NCBI RefSeq assembly: GCF_004010195.1
Contig: NC_057718.1
Location: 60,646,795 to 60,710,794, forward strand
Length of the DNA stretch: 64,000 nt
Source: Chiloscyllium plagiosum
Taxonomy: Eukaryota
Direction: 5' to 3'
The translations under genes and the position numbers were made by a program. This document shows, piece by piece, positions 51,738 to 64,000 of the stretch; the first letter of the stretch is position 1; each line of letters opens with the position of its first letter. The notes under the pieces are model-generated. The model was not told where the DNA came from. It did not search any database and was given only the letters and a program-made list of their open reading frames with translations.

Positions 51738-54649
51738 AAAAAATATCTGATTCAGCCATCACGCTATCTATAATTGAATAGCTTACAAACATGCTGTCTA
51801 TGTTCATAGATATGTCATAGCTGTTTGGATAATATAGTGGAGGGTGATTAGTGCTGTCGAGAACAATCTTTCACAGAGTGTCAACAGAGTAGGAATTCTA
51901 ACTGTATAATGGAACTTTTCCTGGTTCTACAAATCTGCCACTTGCCATGAGATTATCCCAAGTCCTGACAATGGGGCATTTTCAAGAGTGGGGCAGCAAA
52001 ACAGACAGCAGCATTGCGGGCTGTTACTCAGCAAAGCTTTGGTAATTTCAAGAAGGTTAGGGCTGGGCAACAAAATACTAGTGATACTACCTTCCCACCA
52101 AGACAAACTCAAAAATTCCATTGAAGAGAATCAAAGGCTGTTTTACGAAAGGTTTAGATAATTGTCACCATCAGTCTTCGTTACACGTTTTATAGTGAGT
52201 CTAGTGGACTCGATCACCACCTGATTACTTCCTAAAGGGGCCCACTTATGCTTGTGTGGGGCAAATGTTTTTAATAATCATTCACAGGATGAGGGCATTA
52301 TTAACTGGGCCAGCACTGATTGTCCAGGTCAGAGTGCAGTTAAGAATCAACCACATTGCTTTGGGCCTGGAGTCACATGTAGCCAGACCAGGTAAGGATG
52401 GCACTTTCCTTTCCTTATTTTTTGAACAGCACACCTACATTCGGTAGTGGGATCTTTTATTCTTTTCTTCAACATCATACTTTTTCAATTGTTAGTTTCC
52501 CTTTTTAAGATTTATTTCTGTTCTTTTCCATTTCAGACTGTAAGACTCTACACATCCCAGTTGGATGATAGAATTATAGCCAGATCTTCATCAACCTGTG
52601 TTATAGCCTGCCACTTGAAGATGAATGGAAGCAACCGAGAGAGCTTGCATCTTTGGATTTTCCTCTCTGTGCATGTGGTAATGCCTTACTCCACTGCTCC
52701 ACTCTGTCTGAAACTAAATGTGCAAAAGCATTATTCTTTTGTTAGACTTTTGCTCCCTCCATATAACAGTTATTGATTTAAATGCTAGAATTGTTCATCA
52801 CTTGAAAACGCCTGGTCTCAGAATTTTATCATCCAAGCCACTAGATGGTAGCTAACTCAGACAAAAAAAAACACTTAGCCTGTGTTTGTCTCACTTAAAT
52901 TACCAGTTAATCAGAAAGCAGCACTAATAGTTCTTCCAGAGAAGTCTGCAACCAAAATCATTTTTTCTTTTCTAGATTAAAAATGAATCCCTTGCTACTT
53001 TAAAAGATGAAGGTGAACAATGGTAGGACGTGAAAGCAAATCTCTCAATCATAATTTTAAAACAACAGGAGTTAAGGATAAAAACACTTAAAAAAGGGAT
53101 TGCTCAGCATTTGCTGTCTTGATTGTATTTTGTTGTTTTACCTGCCACTCTTTGTAGTTCAGCAGTGCAACACATGTGGCACTGCACAAATATACAAACA
53201 ACTCCAAATAATGGCAATCCTGTGGTTTCAAATTCCTTACAAAATGTAATTTTTTGTCAATTGTGTAATATTTGTGAACAAAATAAATGTAATTAATTCA
53301 CAAAAAAATGAGATGCATAATAAAGCATTTTTACATTATGAAATGAAACACTCGGAAACTTGTCATAGTCTGGTCAAAACAGCTGCAACGCAAGTAGTAA
53401 ATAATATGGGTTCTCTCCAACAGTTTGTGGGATTAATAGGTTGCTACTGAACAGGTATAAAACTTATCATCTTTGGTTTATTTATCTTCAGTAAAAGAAG
53501 GCCCATCAATCTAAAAATGCCTTCAAATAGTAGCAACTACACCGCAGGCAATACATTTAACATGACCTTGGTCACTGCCAGCTGGCCAAGCTCTTTAGAA
53601 GGGCATGTTCCTTGCACTGTCCTCTTTATCTTCACATTCCAATGATAGAGACACACATCTGGTTGCTGAGACCCAAGAGGGGAAACTGCGAATGGGCAGA
53701 AAGTATTTTTATCTGTAACCAGAGATGGTCACTTTATTAAGCAAGTCAGTCAGAAAAGTCAAGGACTCTGTCAGTTGTGTCTAACAGTATGACATGTCTG
53801 GACTAAGCAGACACATTCATTCTGACCCAGCTAGAAATTCTTCCCCACTATTAGACAGGCAGAACTGTAAATTGGCAAGTGATGTACTGACCTGTGTTAA
53901 GGACATGTTGATACTAGCCTGTTATGACAGCTTTTAGCTCCAAAGAAAATAGCTTTGTCTTCTGTTGTATACTATTTCATCAGTGTTGATCTATCTATGA
54001 TTATGTATGTGTTACTTGAGTTTGCGACACATATGTGCAGGGCTGAGGAACCTGTTCATGCATTGCTTCTTTTCCATTAAACAGGATTTTCTGGTTCCTT
54101 GCCATTCTTGCGTGCCTGAAATTCCAGTGTACACATAGATGTCAGCACCATGCCTGCTGTATATAGTATGGGAATGGATATCTGATTCTGAGCTCTGAGA
54201 AACACAGTGCACTGTGTCTTATGCTTGCTGCATTATAGCATATTAAAAGTGGTACAGAAAGCTGTTCACACCTCAGTTTCGCAGTTTGTCTCAGAGACAG
54301 CCAGATTCAAATAAAATCATCACTTTGTGAATAATATTACTCTACTTGATTACCTTATGGGAAACATTTTGTGCTATTGAGTAAGTTGATGACCCCAGTC
54401 ATTTCAAAGCTGCACAGCCACAGTGAAACTATACACCACTCTTGCATGCCAATTTACCCACCAGAGTGGCAAGTGAAAATAAATGTTCAAAGGTTGTCAT
54501 TTATATAGCTACAGACTTGACCTCTAGCTGCCTTTAAATGCCTCACATACTTAAAGGTACATTACTAGGCCACACACTAATTCGTACTGAAGGCTAAAGT
54601 GCTCCATGAATGTCACAAGAGACCATACGCCCTGAAGGATCCTTTAGTG

Positions 54650-55000
54650 TGGTGTATGCGGACAATTAGACATTATTCCATTTAAACTTTATATTGGTGG
54701 CAGTTGATAAGTCTGTTCCAGACTGAAGGAGAGGAATTAGCATATTGTTTTGATGTGGCTCTGTTAAATGCTTCCATATGCCAGCGAGGCCTGGAACATG
54801 TACTGTATAGATTGTTTCACGGCTGGGTGCCCCCATTCAAAATAATACTATAAAAATAATGGCTGACTTACTAGGGAAATTCCAGACCATCCTCTATTTT
54901 GCCCCATTTAGTAAAACTGTAATTAATTGGAATGGTCGAAGATGCAGAGTAATAGAAGACTGTTTTACCCTTGATCATTTTTATCGATGCACATTTTCAA
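54650..55000 (+). mobile_element. RTE-like LINE C-terminal remnant
   Basis: LPYASEAWNMY resembles LLYGSETWT.Y. Confidence 0.4.
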
Positions 55001-56164
55001 ACAGCATCTGGAGAGTTCCACTGAAAGCTTTTAATTGAAATGTATCTGAAGGATTAATAAAGAGCACATATGTTGCCAAGGCAAAAAACAGGTCTGTCCA
55101 GCTTGGATTTGAGCACTCTCTAATTTTCGTTGAAGCCTGTGGTAAACACTGGGTGAAAGGTAACAATTCATATCTGTCAGGCTGGCTCTGTGTGGTTCAG
55201 TGTATAATCACTGATTATTCTGTGAGATCGAACTGTGCATAAAATGGCTGCTATGTGATGCAGCTTTTAGCAACAGTGAGTTAGTATCTACAGGTCACTT
55301 ATTGTATCTGGAGTGTTGTGAGATGTTTTTGAGAGACAGGGTAAAATGTGATTAAAAGCATCCGCTTCATGGTTAATCGCACTCTGACCTCTGAGTTCAA
55401 GCTATACTTCAGATTCGGACACAATGCGGTCCATTACATCTCATTCATTGGACAAGATATTCACCCAGGTGTTTGTTTTTGCCTGTTTTGATGGTTCATG
55501 TGGATGCTAAATATTATTTAAAGAAGAACACATTGAGGCAGTGGTGGCATCGTGGTATTGTCACTGGACTATGAATCTAGAGCTCCAGACGAATACTGTG
55601 AAGGCATTTGTCTCAATAATTTGAATTCAATAAAATCAGGAATTTGAGACGGCTAGTCTGCAATGACCATTTTGCGAATTTTCCCAGACTGTTAATGATG
55701 TGGGCAATGGCAAGTCAGTTGGGAAAATATGGTGGTATTGGAAAAATTACAGTCTCAACACCGAGGAAATAAAGTCTGATTTTCCACCAAGATTTTAGCG
55801 GCAAGTTTAAAATCTCGCTTGCAAGGGGACAACATGCATGCTTTAAAATCCCATCATTATGTCAGATATCCTCATTTTAATATGATCTGACAGTCTGAGG
55901 AGGTACCTGGCAGCCACAGGTACTAGAGTCTTCACTGAGCGTCCATCTTGGCCAGCATTTCCCAATGCTTCAGGATGGGTGCTCTCTGTCCATGGGGTTT
56001 GGTGTAGGACAAACACCAGCATCACCAACATCATCATGGATTATCTCAGACTCATTTATAATACACTTCAGCACTTCAATATTGCACTTTGGAACTCACC
56101 AGAACCTTTCATTTTGATATACTACCAGCCATCTTTGCACACAAAAACAAGCACCAATCTCATG

Positions 56165-56780
56165 GAATCATAAGTCATAGAGTCACACATCACGGAAACA
56201 GGCAGTCCTATCCAAATTAGTTCATGCCAAACATAACCCAAAATAAACTAGTCCCACCTGCCTGCTCTTGGCCCATATCCCACAAATCTTTCCTATTCAT
56301 GTACGCATCCAAAATCTTTTAAATGTTGTAACTGTGCCCATATTCATACTTCCTCAGGAAGTTCATTCCACACATGAACTTTATACTTTGTGGAAAAAAT
56401 TTTTCTCTCACGTCATTTTTAAATCTTCCTCCTCTCACCTTAAAATTATGCCCTCTAGTCTTAAAATCCCACATCTCAGGGAAAATATACCTCCCATTAA
56501 CCCTATCTATATTCCTTATATTAATATAAACCACTATATGGTCACCTCTCAAACTTCCACACTCCAGTGAAAACAGGTCCCAGTCTATCCAGCCTTTCTT
56601 TATGACTCAAACCCTCCCGAGCCAGCAACAAGCTGGTAAACCTCTTCTGAACACACTCCAGCTTAATAATATGCTTCCTATAACAACACGATCAGAACCG
56701 AAAGCAGTTCTCCAGAATAGGACTCACCAATGGCCTGTACAATCTGAACATGAATTTTCAATTCTTATACTCAAAGGACT
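56165..56780 (-). mobile_element. CR1 3' fragment
   Basis: KTRGHNFKVRGGRFK...FFPQ. Confidence 0.9.
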
Positions 56781-57169
56781 GAGACCATGCATCAGGACAG
56801 GCTGTGTCTCAGGGCTCCTAGCTTCCTCTCTCAGCGCTCACTCACTTTGTGCTGTCTTCGTGGCCCAGAGCATCTCTACTCTGCCTTGTCTTGACATTTA
56901 GCGCAGTCAGATAAGCAGGCAGCATATCATGTTTGGCAGCAATGGACAATCAAGGTGGACTATGATCAGTTGGTAAAGCTAGTAAGTGGCCTGAGCAGAC
57001 AGTAGAAAACACAGGGCAGAAAGGGTTAGAAGATTGAAGAGAACCATTGAGGGACTGTGCTGCATGTAATATTGAGAGTGGCAGACTCTGAGTCTTGGTG
57101 GGAGGTGGATGTAATAACAGACTTAGGGTGAGTGTGAGGTTGTAGAGAAGGGAGGTGCTGCTAATTTGT

Positions 57170-57300
57170 GCAGAGCAAACGAGGTCATCAATATTCCTGT
57201 GGTACTGCTGTGTATTCCTTTAGACCATGGAAGCCATGCTAATACAGGAGGATAACTCCAGACCAAGACAGCACCTTTTGACATTGTGTGCAGCTGAGGT
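57170..57300 (-). mobile_element. Harbinger Myb/SANT-like remnant
   Basis: LELSSCISMASMV*RNTQQYHRNIDDL parallels the fragment at 1-90. Confidence 0.45.
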
Positions 57301-57496
57301 TTAAATATGCGAGATGCAACAAGAACCAAAAATGGTCAGCTGACAAGCTTTCCAGTGCTTCTGAGCACAATGCAACATGAGAGTCTTCTGTCAGTGTGGT
57401 GCATATTTAATGAGGTGACCAGCATAAATTTGCATATAAATGTTAGTAGGACTCACGGAGGGATATCCTCCATGAAACTCACCAGAATTTACACTT

Positions 57497-59095
57497 AGAG
57501 TCATAGAGTCATAGTGATGTATAGCATGGTCCAACTCGTCCATGCCGAACAGATATCCCAAACCAATCTAGTCGCACTGTCAGCACCCAGCCCATATCCC
57601 TCCAAACCCTTCCTATTCATATACCCATTCAGATGTCTTTTAAATGTAGTAATTGTACCAGCCTCCACCACTTCCTCTGGCAGTTCATTCCATACACGTA
57701 CCACCCTCTCCGTGAAAAAGTTGCTCCTTAGGTCTCCTTTATATCTTACCCCACTCACCCTAAACCTATGCCCTCTAGTTCTGAACTCCTCTCTCCCTTG
57801 TCTATTTATCCTATCCATGCCCCTCATGATTTTATAAGTCTCTATAAGGTCACCCCTCAGCCTCCGACACTCCAGGGAAAACAGCCCTAGCCTATTCAAT
57901 GGCTCCTTATAGCTCAAATCCTCCAACCCTGGCAACATCCTTGTAAACCTTTTCTGAACCCTTTCAAGTTTCACAACATTCTTCTGGTAGGAAGGAGACG
58001 AGAATTGCATGCAATATTCCAACAGTGGTCTGACCAATGTCCTGTACAGCCGCAACATGTCCTCCCAACTCCTGTACTCAATACTCTGGCCAGTAAATGA
58101 AAGCATACCAAACGCCGCCTTCACTATCCTATCTACCTGCAACTCTACTTTCAAAGAGCAATGAACCTGCACTCCAAGGTCTCTTTGTTCAGCAACATTC
58201 CCTAGGACCTTACCATTAAGGGTATAAGTCCTGCTAAGATTTGCTTTCCTAAAATGCAGCACCTCGCATTTATCTAAATTAAACTCCATCTCCACTTCTC
58301 AGCCCATTGGCCATTTGAACAAGATCCCATTATAATCTGAGGTAACCCTCTTCGCTGTCCACTACACCTCCAATTTTGGTGTCATCTGCAAACTTACTAA
58401 CTATGCTTCTTAAGCTCACATCCAAATCATTTATATAAATTTTGAAAAGTAATGGACCCAGTACTGATCCTTGTGAAACTCCACTGGTCACAGGCCTCCA
58501 ATCTGAAAAACAACCCTCCATCACCACTTTCTGTCTTCTATCTTTGAGCCAGTTCTGTATCCAATGGCTAGTTCTCCCTGTATTCCATAAGATTTAACCT
58601 TGCTAACCAAATTTCCATGGGGAACCTTGTTGAACGCGTTACTGAAGTCCATATAGATCACATCTACCACTCTGCCTCATCAATCCTCTTTGCTACTTCT
58701 TCAAAAAACTCAATCAAGTTTGTGAGACATGATTTCCCATGCACAAAGCCATGTTGACTATCCCTAATCAGACCTTGCCTTTCCAAATACATGTAAATCC
58801 TGTCCCTCAGGATTCCCTCCAACAACCTGCCCACCACCAATGTCAGGCTCACTGGTCTATATTTCCTTGGCTTGTCCTTACCACCTTTCTTATATAGTGG
58901 CATCACGTTAGCCAACCTCCAGTCTTCCGGCAACTCACTTGTGACTATCAATGATACAAATATCTCAGCAAGAGGCCCAGCAATCACTTCCCTAGCTTCC
59001 CACAGAGTTTTAGGGTACACCTGATCAGTTCCTGGGGATTTATCTACTTTTATGCATTTCAAGACATCCAGCACTTCCTCCTCTGTAATATGGAT
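57497..59095 (-). mobile_element. Young 5'-truncated CR1 with nearly complete RT, same subfamily as 11421-12457
   Basis: YRPVSLT, QHGF, QGSVLGP, KFADDTK, FFTERVV; (ATAGAGTC)n tail. Confidence 0.95.
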
Positions 59096-59494
59096 TAGCT
59101 GATCACTAATGGAAAATTTAGCCCAATGTAAAGGCACCATAGGTCTACTAGAGCATAAGTCTTCTCTTTCATTAGACAGAGATGATTTATGGTGATTTAA
59201 CGTCAGGATCACCGCACCTCAGATGAGGGGACAGCTCTTCATGGTAACCTCAGCTGGTGCACGATTTGAATCCACGCCGTTGGCATCATTCTGAATTGCA
59301 GAATAGTTGTTCAGCTAACTGAACTAACCAGTTCCCAAGACCCATGTAACCATTATCAGTTTTCATATAAATTAATCAGGTTCACAATTCTCCTTTTAGG
59401 AAGAAAGTCTGTCATTTTTACCCATGACTCCAGATGCGCAGAAATGTGGTTGATTCTGGAATAGCCTCGAGAGCCAATGAGCTTAAGAGCAATT

Positions 59495-59935
59495 AGACTA
59501 TAAGATCAGAAAATGTAGGAGCACAGATAGGCTATTCGACCCATCGAGTCTGCTGTACCATTCAATGAAATCATGGTTGCTTTGATATTCTTCATCTTCA
59601 CTTTCCTGCCTTTTTCCTATAACCTTTGATTCCCTTATTGAATAAAAATCTGTCTATCTCAGCTTTGAATAGACTTAATGACCCAGTCTCAACAGACATC
59701 TGTGGTAAAGAATTCCAAAAATTAACTACTCTCTGAGTAATTGTACATTTAATTAGGTTGCATCTCACTCTTCTACATTCCATTCTCAACCTCACCTCAT
59801 AAGATAGTGTCTCTCTTTTAGAATCATCCAGTGAACTTCTCTGGACTGCCCCCAATGCTAGTATATCTATCCTTAAACAAAGGGAAAACTGTTTCCTAAA
59901 CTGTTCACAGGTTCCAACTGTAGTCTAACTAGTGA
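59495..59935 (-). mobile_element. CR1 3' fragment
   Basis: TQRVVNFWNSLPQ...FKAEIDRFL. Confidence 0.9.
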
Positions 59936-61379
59936 CTTAGTAATAGGGCTGGGTAACAAATAGCAGCTTTGCTAGTGACACTAACATACCATGTAATAAT
60001 GAAAGAAAGAGAAGTTCTCCAGGTATTCTGCTTAAAAAACCAACTACACCAAGAACGGATAGACAGGTCATTTACAACATTGTGAATTGAGGAACTGTGT
60101 GGTAATCACAGCAGTGTTTACCGACATAGGAAGCAACTGCACAATGCATTAATTTTATATAAACATCGTGGAATGTTTCTGAGATGTTGTGCAAAGGAAA
60201 GCTTTTACTTCCTATAGATACATGTCTCACCAATGTACTAATGTATTAATATGCATGTATGGAAATTGTGCGTTTATTTAAGCAGAGGATCCATTACCTG
60301 ATCGTGGGCAAGCTGCTGAGGAGCATAAGTACAATATTTGTTTGTATAAAATGCCTACTTATCCTTTGCAGAAATGGTGTACACCTCTCCTCGCTCACAT
60401 GTAATGTCAGTATCAAGGGTACAAATACAAGAAACATAAAAGTACAAAGAAGTAGTGAATAGTTCTGCTGTTGTGTTAATGAGGAAACCACAATTGTCTA
60501 ACAATTTGATGCAAACTCTCCTTTATATTTTCAAGGATGCAAATGGTAGTTTCTCAGAAAATTACTCTTAAATGTCATCTTTATATCTGACTATAGTAAG
60601 GATATGTCTGAAATATTACAAGTAATATGTGTAATAGCAGCCACAAAATGCACACAGACACTTACAGCCAAGGTGGAGGTTACATGACAACAACAAGACA
60701 GCCAGGACAGTAATGTACAATCACATTCCTCCAAATATCCCCCTTTCATTCATAATAAAGAAAAATAAATGTACTCTTCTTTCCACTCCTTGCCAATCCC
60801 ATCAGTTCTAAGCTTCTATATATTCTCAAACAACTCTGTCATTTAAGTCTTTATCTCCCAAAATTAGTCTGAAGTGCTGACCCTTGAGCTTAGTCATGCT
60901 AACCATCATGCTGCACTGTCCTCCCATCAGAGCAAAGATGGCTTTGACCATTGATGACTCTCCATCCTACAGTAACCAATGCATCATTTTGACCCAACCA
61001 CAATAGAGGAGAGATGATGTATTTTCAAAATGGGGTGGTGGTGTCTTGAAGGGGAACTTACAGATGGTGGTGTTCCCATGTGTCGCCTACTCTTGTCTTT
61101 CTAGATAGAACTGGTCTTAGTTTTCAAAGGTGCTGTCTAAGGATCTCCCCTGCTTATGTATTAAGTTTCTCTCCTTCACAATTATTGGTCCCTCTGCATC
61201 CCAGCATGCAACTTTGCAACCTCCTTATCTGAGCAGTGGCCCTCCCAGTGGCCCTCCATTGACATGCCTGCTAGGACTCACTGTGGCTCAACCTCCTGAT
61301 CCATGTGGACTGACAGCCCAAACTAATCTATTATTGGGTCTGTTTATAGCTCCCTGGCTGAAAAACCATGAATTCCAGA

Positions 61380-61720
61380 CTTATTAAACTGGAACTGCAC
61401 GGCTTACCGAGAACGGTCTGACACTCCCTGGACTGTAGCAAACAGACTTCTTCATCATGACAACCCCTAGCGGTGAACCAACTGTGTGTCTAAGCCCTTG
61501 GAATAAAATTGGAAAATGCCCTTAATTGCTGTGCCAGGACCACTGACAGAAGACTTTGCCCCTTGCTCAATGATTACCCATTTGGTCTTTGAGATGTTGC
61601 CATTTGTTTGAAGCACATTCATGTTGTCAACTGATTCTTGTGGAAGGTGTGACATAGATATGACACAGTTTCATCCAGAAACTTGTCTATAATCCCTAAT
61701 TTAACACTGCCTACAAGTAT
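61380..61720 (-). mobile_element. Degenerate Gypsy RT remnant
   Basis: ETVSYLCHT, FSNFIP, ECQTV. Confidence 0.4.
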
Positions 61721-62149
61721 GAAAAGCTGCCTAGCTTTGTCTGTATTAAAAGGCAAGGCAAGACAGAAGTACTATGAGTCTTTAAGCTCTGGCTGAGGGA
61801 ATAAAGCACACAATGGCAAGGCAAGGTAGAGATGCTGTGTGCATCCAAATCGGGGGGTATTATGCACCAGCACCGGCCATCCATCCTGTCCTGAAGTTTG
61901 AAGCCTATTTGCCAAGGTGAAGGCCCAATGGAGCAAACAGTGAGCTGGAGCACCCCCCCACCCCCACTCCAGTATCTGTTCTGATGTTTGTATCAGGGAA
62001 GCATTGCCCTCTGGTTTGTCTTTAGTGCATGGGATAATTGGAATGTATACATAAAGGAGGTGTTTTATGTATAAACAGCATGCAAATGAATGCCAGTTGG
62101 ACAAGCACTACTCACTAGCAAGATCTTCACTTGCTGTTCAAATATTGGT

Positions 62150-62266
62150 TTCAGCGTCAGACTATTTTATCTTAGTATCGAGAATTACATTCCTGCCAAT
62201 CTCACCATATTTTCCCAATTTACTCGGCATTGCCCACTTCACCCAGGGCATGAGAAGATTCTGCCT
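62150..62266 (-). mobile_element. Harbinger-like terminus shared with about 55670-55790 (+)
   Basis: Both read g(g)c(a)gaat.ttc...gtgggcaatg.c.agt.a.ttgggaaaatatggtg. Confidence 0.5.
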
Positions 62267-64000
62267 TAGATTTTTCTTGCACCTTGCACTTTCTTCGGTT
62301 CAGTCAAACATTTTGAGCAGACGATCTGCAAGCAATCTCTGTTATCACATGCAGATTTGACCTGTACCACAGAGGAGTTAAAACCAGTCCAGCCTTTTTA
62401 ACATTGCTGTGAAAACATGATGGACTCCCTATGCCTTATTATATCTCAGTGCTTACTTTTATGGTAGTTACTTCAAAACACTTTCAAATTACTATCACAT
62501 TTTTCATAATACAGATGGTTTCAAATTTTAACAGCAGGGAGGGAAGACAGGGAAAAAGAGATCGCCATTCACCAGAAAAGGGCTGATTGGAAGTAACTGG
62601 CTTGCAAAATGGCCACATTGTTTTCTGAATAGTGTGTAGCTAGGAAATTGCCATAAATAATAGGTGCATTGTGTAGAGCCTGAAAGAGGAGTGCCATTTG
62701 CAGGTGATTGTTTTTACTGATATTGCTTTGGGCAAAAAAATTGGCTCAGGATACCTGCTGTGAGACAAGTGAGACAAAAATGAACTCTTTTATTTAAATA
62801 CTATATATATAATATGCTATTATTTCTTGAAGTGCATTGGTCATGGAAAACATGTTTTAGCATTGTACCCTTGAAAAGTAAATATATCTGTTCAGTAAAT
62901 GGAAAAATTAAACTTTGAAAAGAAAATCTATATCTCTGTATACAATGTTTTCATATGCTGTGGTATTGGGTTTGAGATTATTTCAACATTTTTTCATCAT
63001 ACAGTTGCTGCATAGGCATTTATTAATCTCTCAGAAAGACTGTTGTTTAAATACTAAAAAATTTATTTTCTTAAACCCTTTGCTTCAGGTGGTCAATATA
63101 TATTGAACATTTTGGAACAGAACCTGGTTTGTAACAAAATAACACAGCCTTTAAACGGATTATGGACCAGCTACGATTATGTGGTTTAGGGAAAATATAT
63201 TGCTTGGTTATAAATGCATAAGGGACTTCTTTTCATATTCATTGTCAGCATCAGACATTCCCAGAACAGGCTCAGGAAGGCCAGCCACACAACAAAATTC
63301 CTTTTACTCCAACTCGTCAATGGGCAAATCTCAAATGAGTATCCCCCTGTGGGTTAAGCATAAACTTGTCCAGCTGCCCTCATTGCCAACCTGACTAAGA
63401 TAATGATTTTTCATGCCAATTTGTACTCAATTACAGGATTTTCTGTGTGGACTTGTGCCAAGCTAAACTGGGCTGAGGTTGCCCAAACGTATTTGAGTTA
63501 GAACTTGATGAGCTGTCAGGAGGAAGAAGCATCATTCTGTTGGACTGCATTGGATCCAAGCCAGGTTTGAGAAAGGTGCAGTGAGAGTAAGTCAATCCAC
63601 TAAAAAGATTGATTTAAGGAATGCTAAGATTAACTGGTACTCAAACTCTCCAGATTCTTCAGTTTCAGAAACTCCTCACTTGGGCTTGTACCAGCTAATC
63701 CGGGCTGCAGCTGTATCTCATAAATCATAGCCTGAGTCACACTGAGCATATTGGGAATGTTGCAGGAAAGAAACTGGATGCTGCAGGTATTGAAGTGAAA
63801 GCACTTGGATCTTGTGGGAGGATCAGAGAGGGGTGACAGTGGGGGTGGTGAAAAGTATGAAGAAACTCTAGGAATATGATTTAATGATGTAAAGGAGACA
63901 GAAATGGCTCCTATCCAATTTTTTTGTCCAAAAAATGTCTGGTCTTGTATGCACATGTTAATATGCAGGAAATAGCAAGGAAATTCACATACAGTGCCTT

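Noticed and set aside
52537..52677. 141-nt open + strand exon candidate TVRLYTSQ...LSVHV
   Set aside because: No recognisable protein family or partner exon, and the minus strand may be LINE-derived. It is unsupported without RNA or homology data.
47095..52710. Multi-exon RasGEF-like pseudogene on the minus strand
   Set aside because: Two different frames matched RasGEF equally well by eye and exon phases did not join. The 47095-49700 part is better explained by RTE-type motifs in the correct order plus a homologous copy at 5470-6010.
57501..58295. Longest ORF (264 aa) as a host gene
   Set aside because: It is the CR1 ORF2 C-terminus of a 5'-truncated, frameshifted copy.

Overview
Vertebrate genomic DNA, most likely from a cartilaginous fish such as a shark (inferred by eye from HE1-like SINEs and shark-type CR1 LINEs). 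It appears intronic or intergenic: I can support no intact host protein-coding gene, tRNA, rRNA or CRISPR array. The informative ORFs in the track are transposon debris from CR1, Rex1/Babar-like, RTE-like, Gypsy, Harbinger and Penelope-like elements, often nested. The most interesting signal is a set of short non-autonomous elements, many folded back into long inverted repeats and flanked by 13-22 bp target-site duplications. They carry a minimal type-I hammerhead ribozyme core (CTGATGA-A-stem II-GAAA-palindromic stem III). At least two, probably three, sequence-distinct families share this core. One young near-perfect palindrome at 13194-13430 keeps an intact core, and remnants of Penelope-like RT/GIY-YIG coding sequence lie in the same window. 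All family assignments come from motif recognition by eye, not database searches, and boundaries of old elements are approximate.
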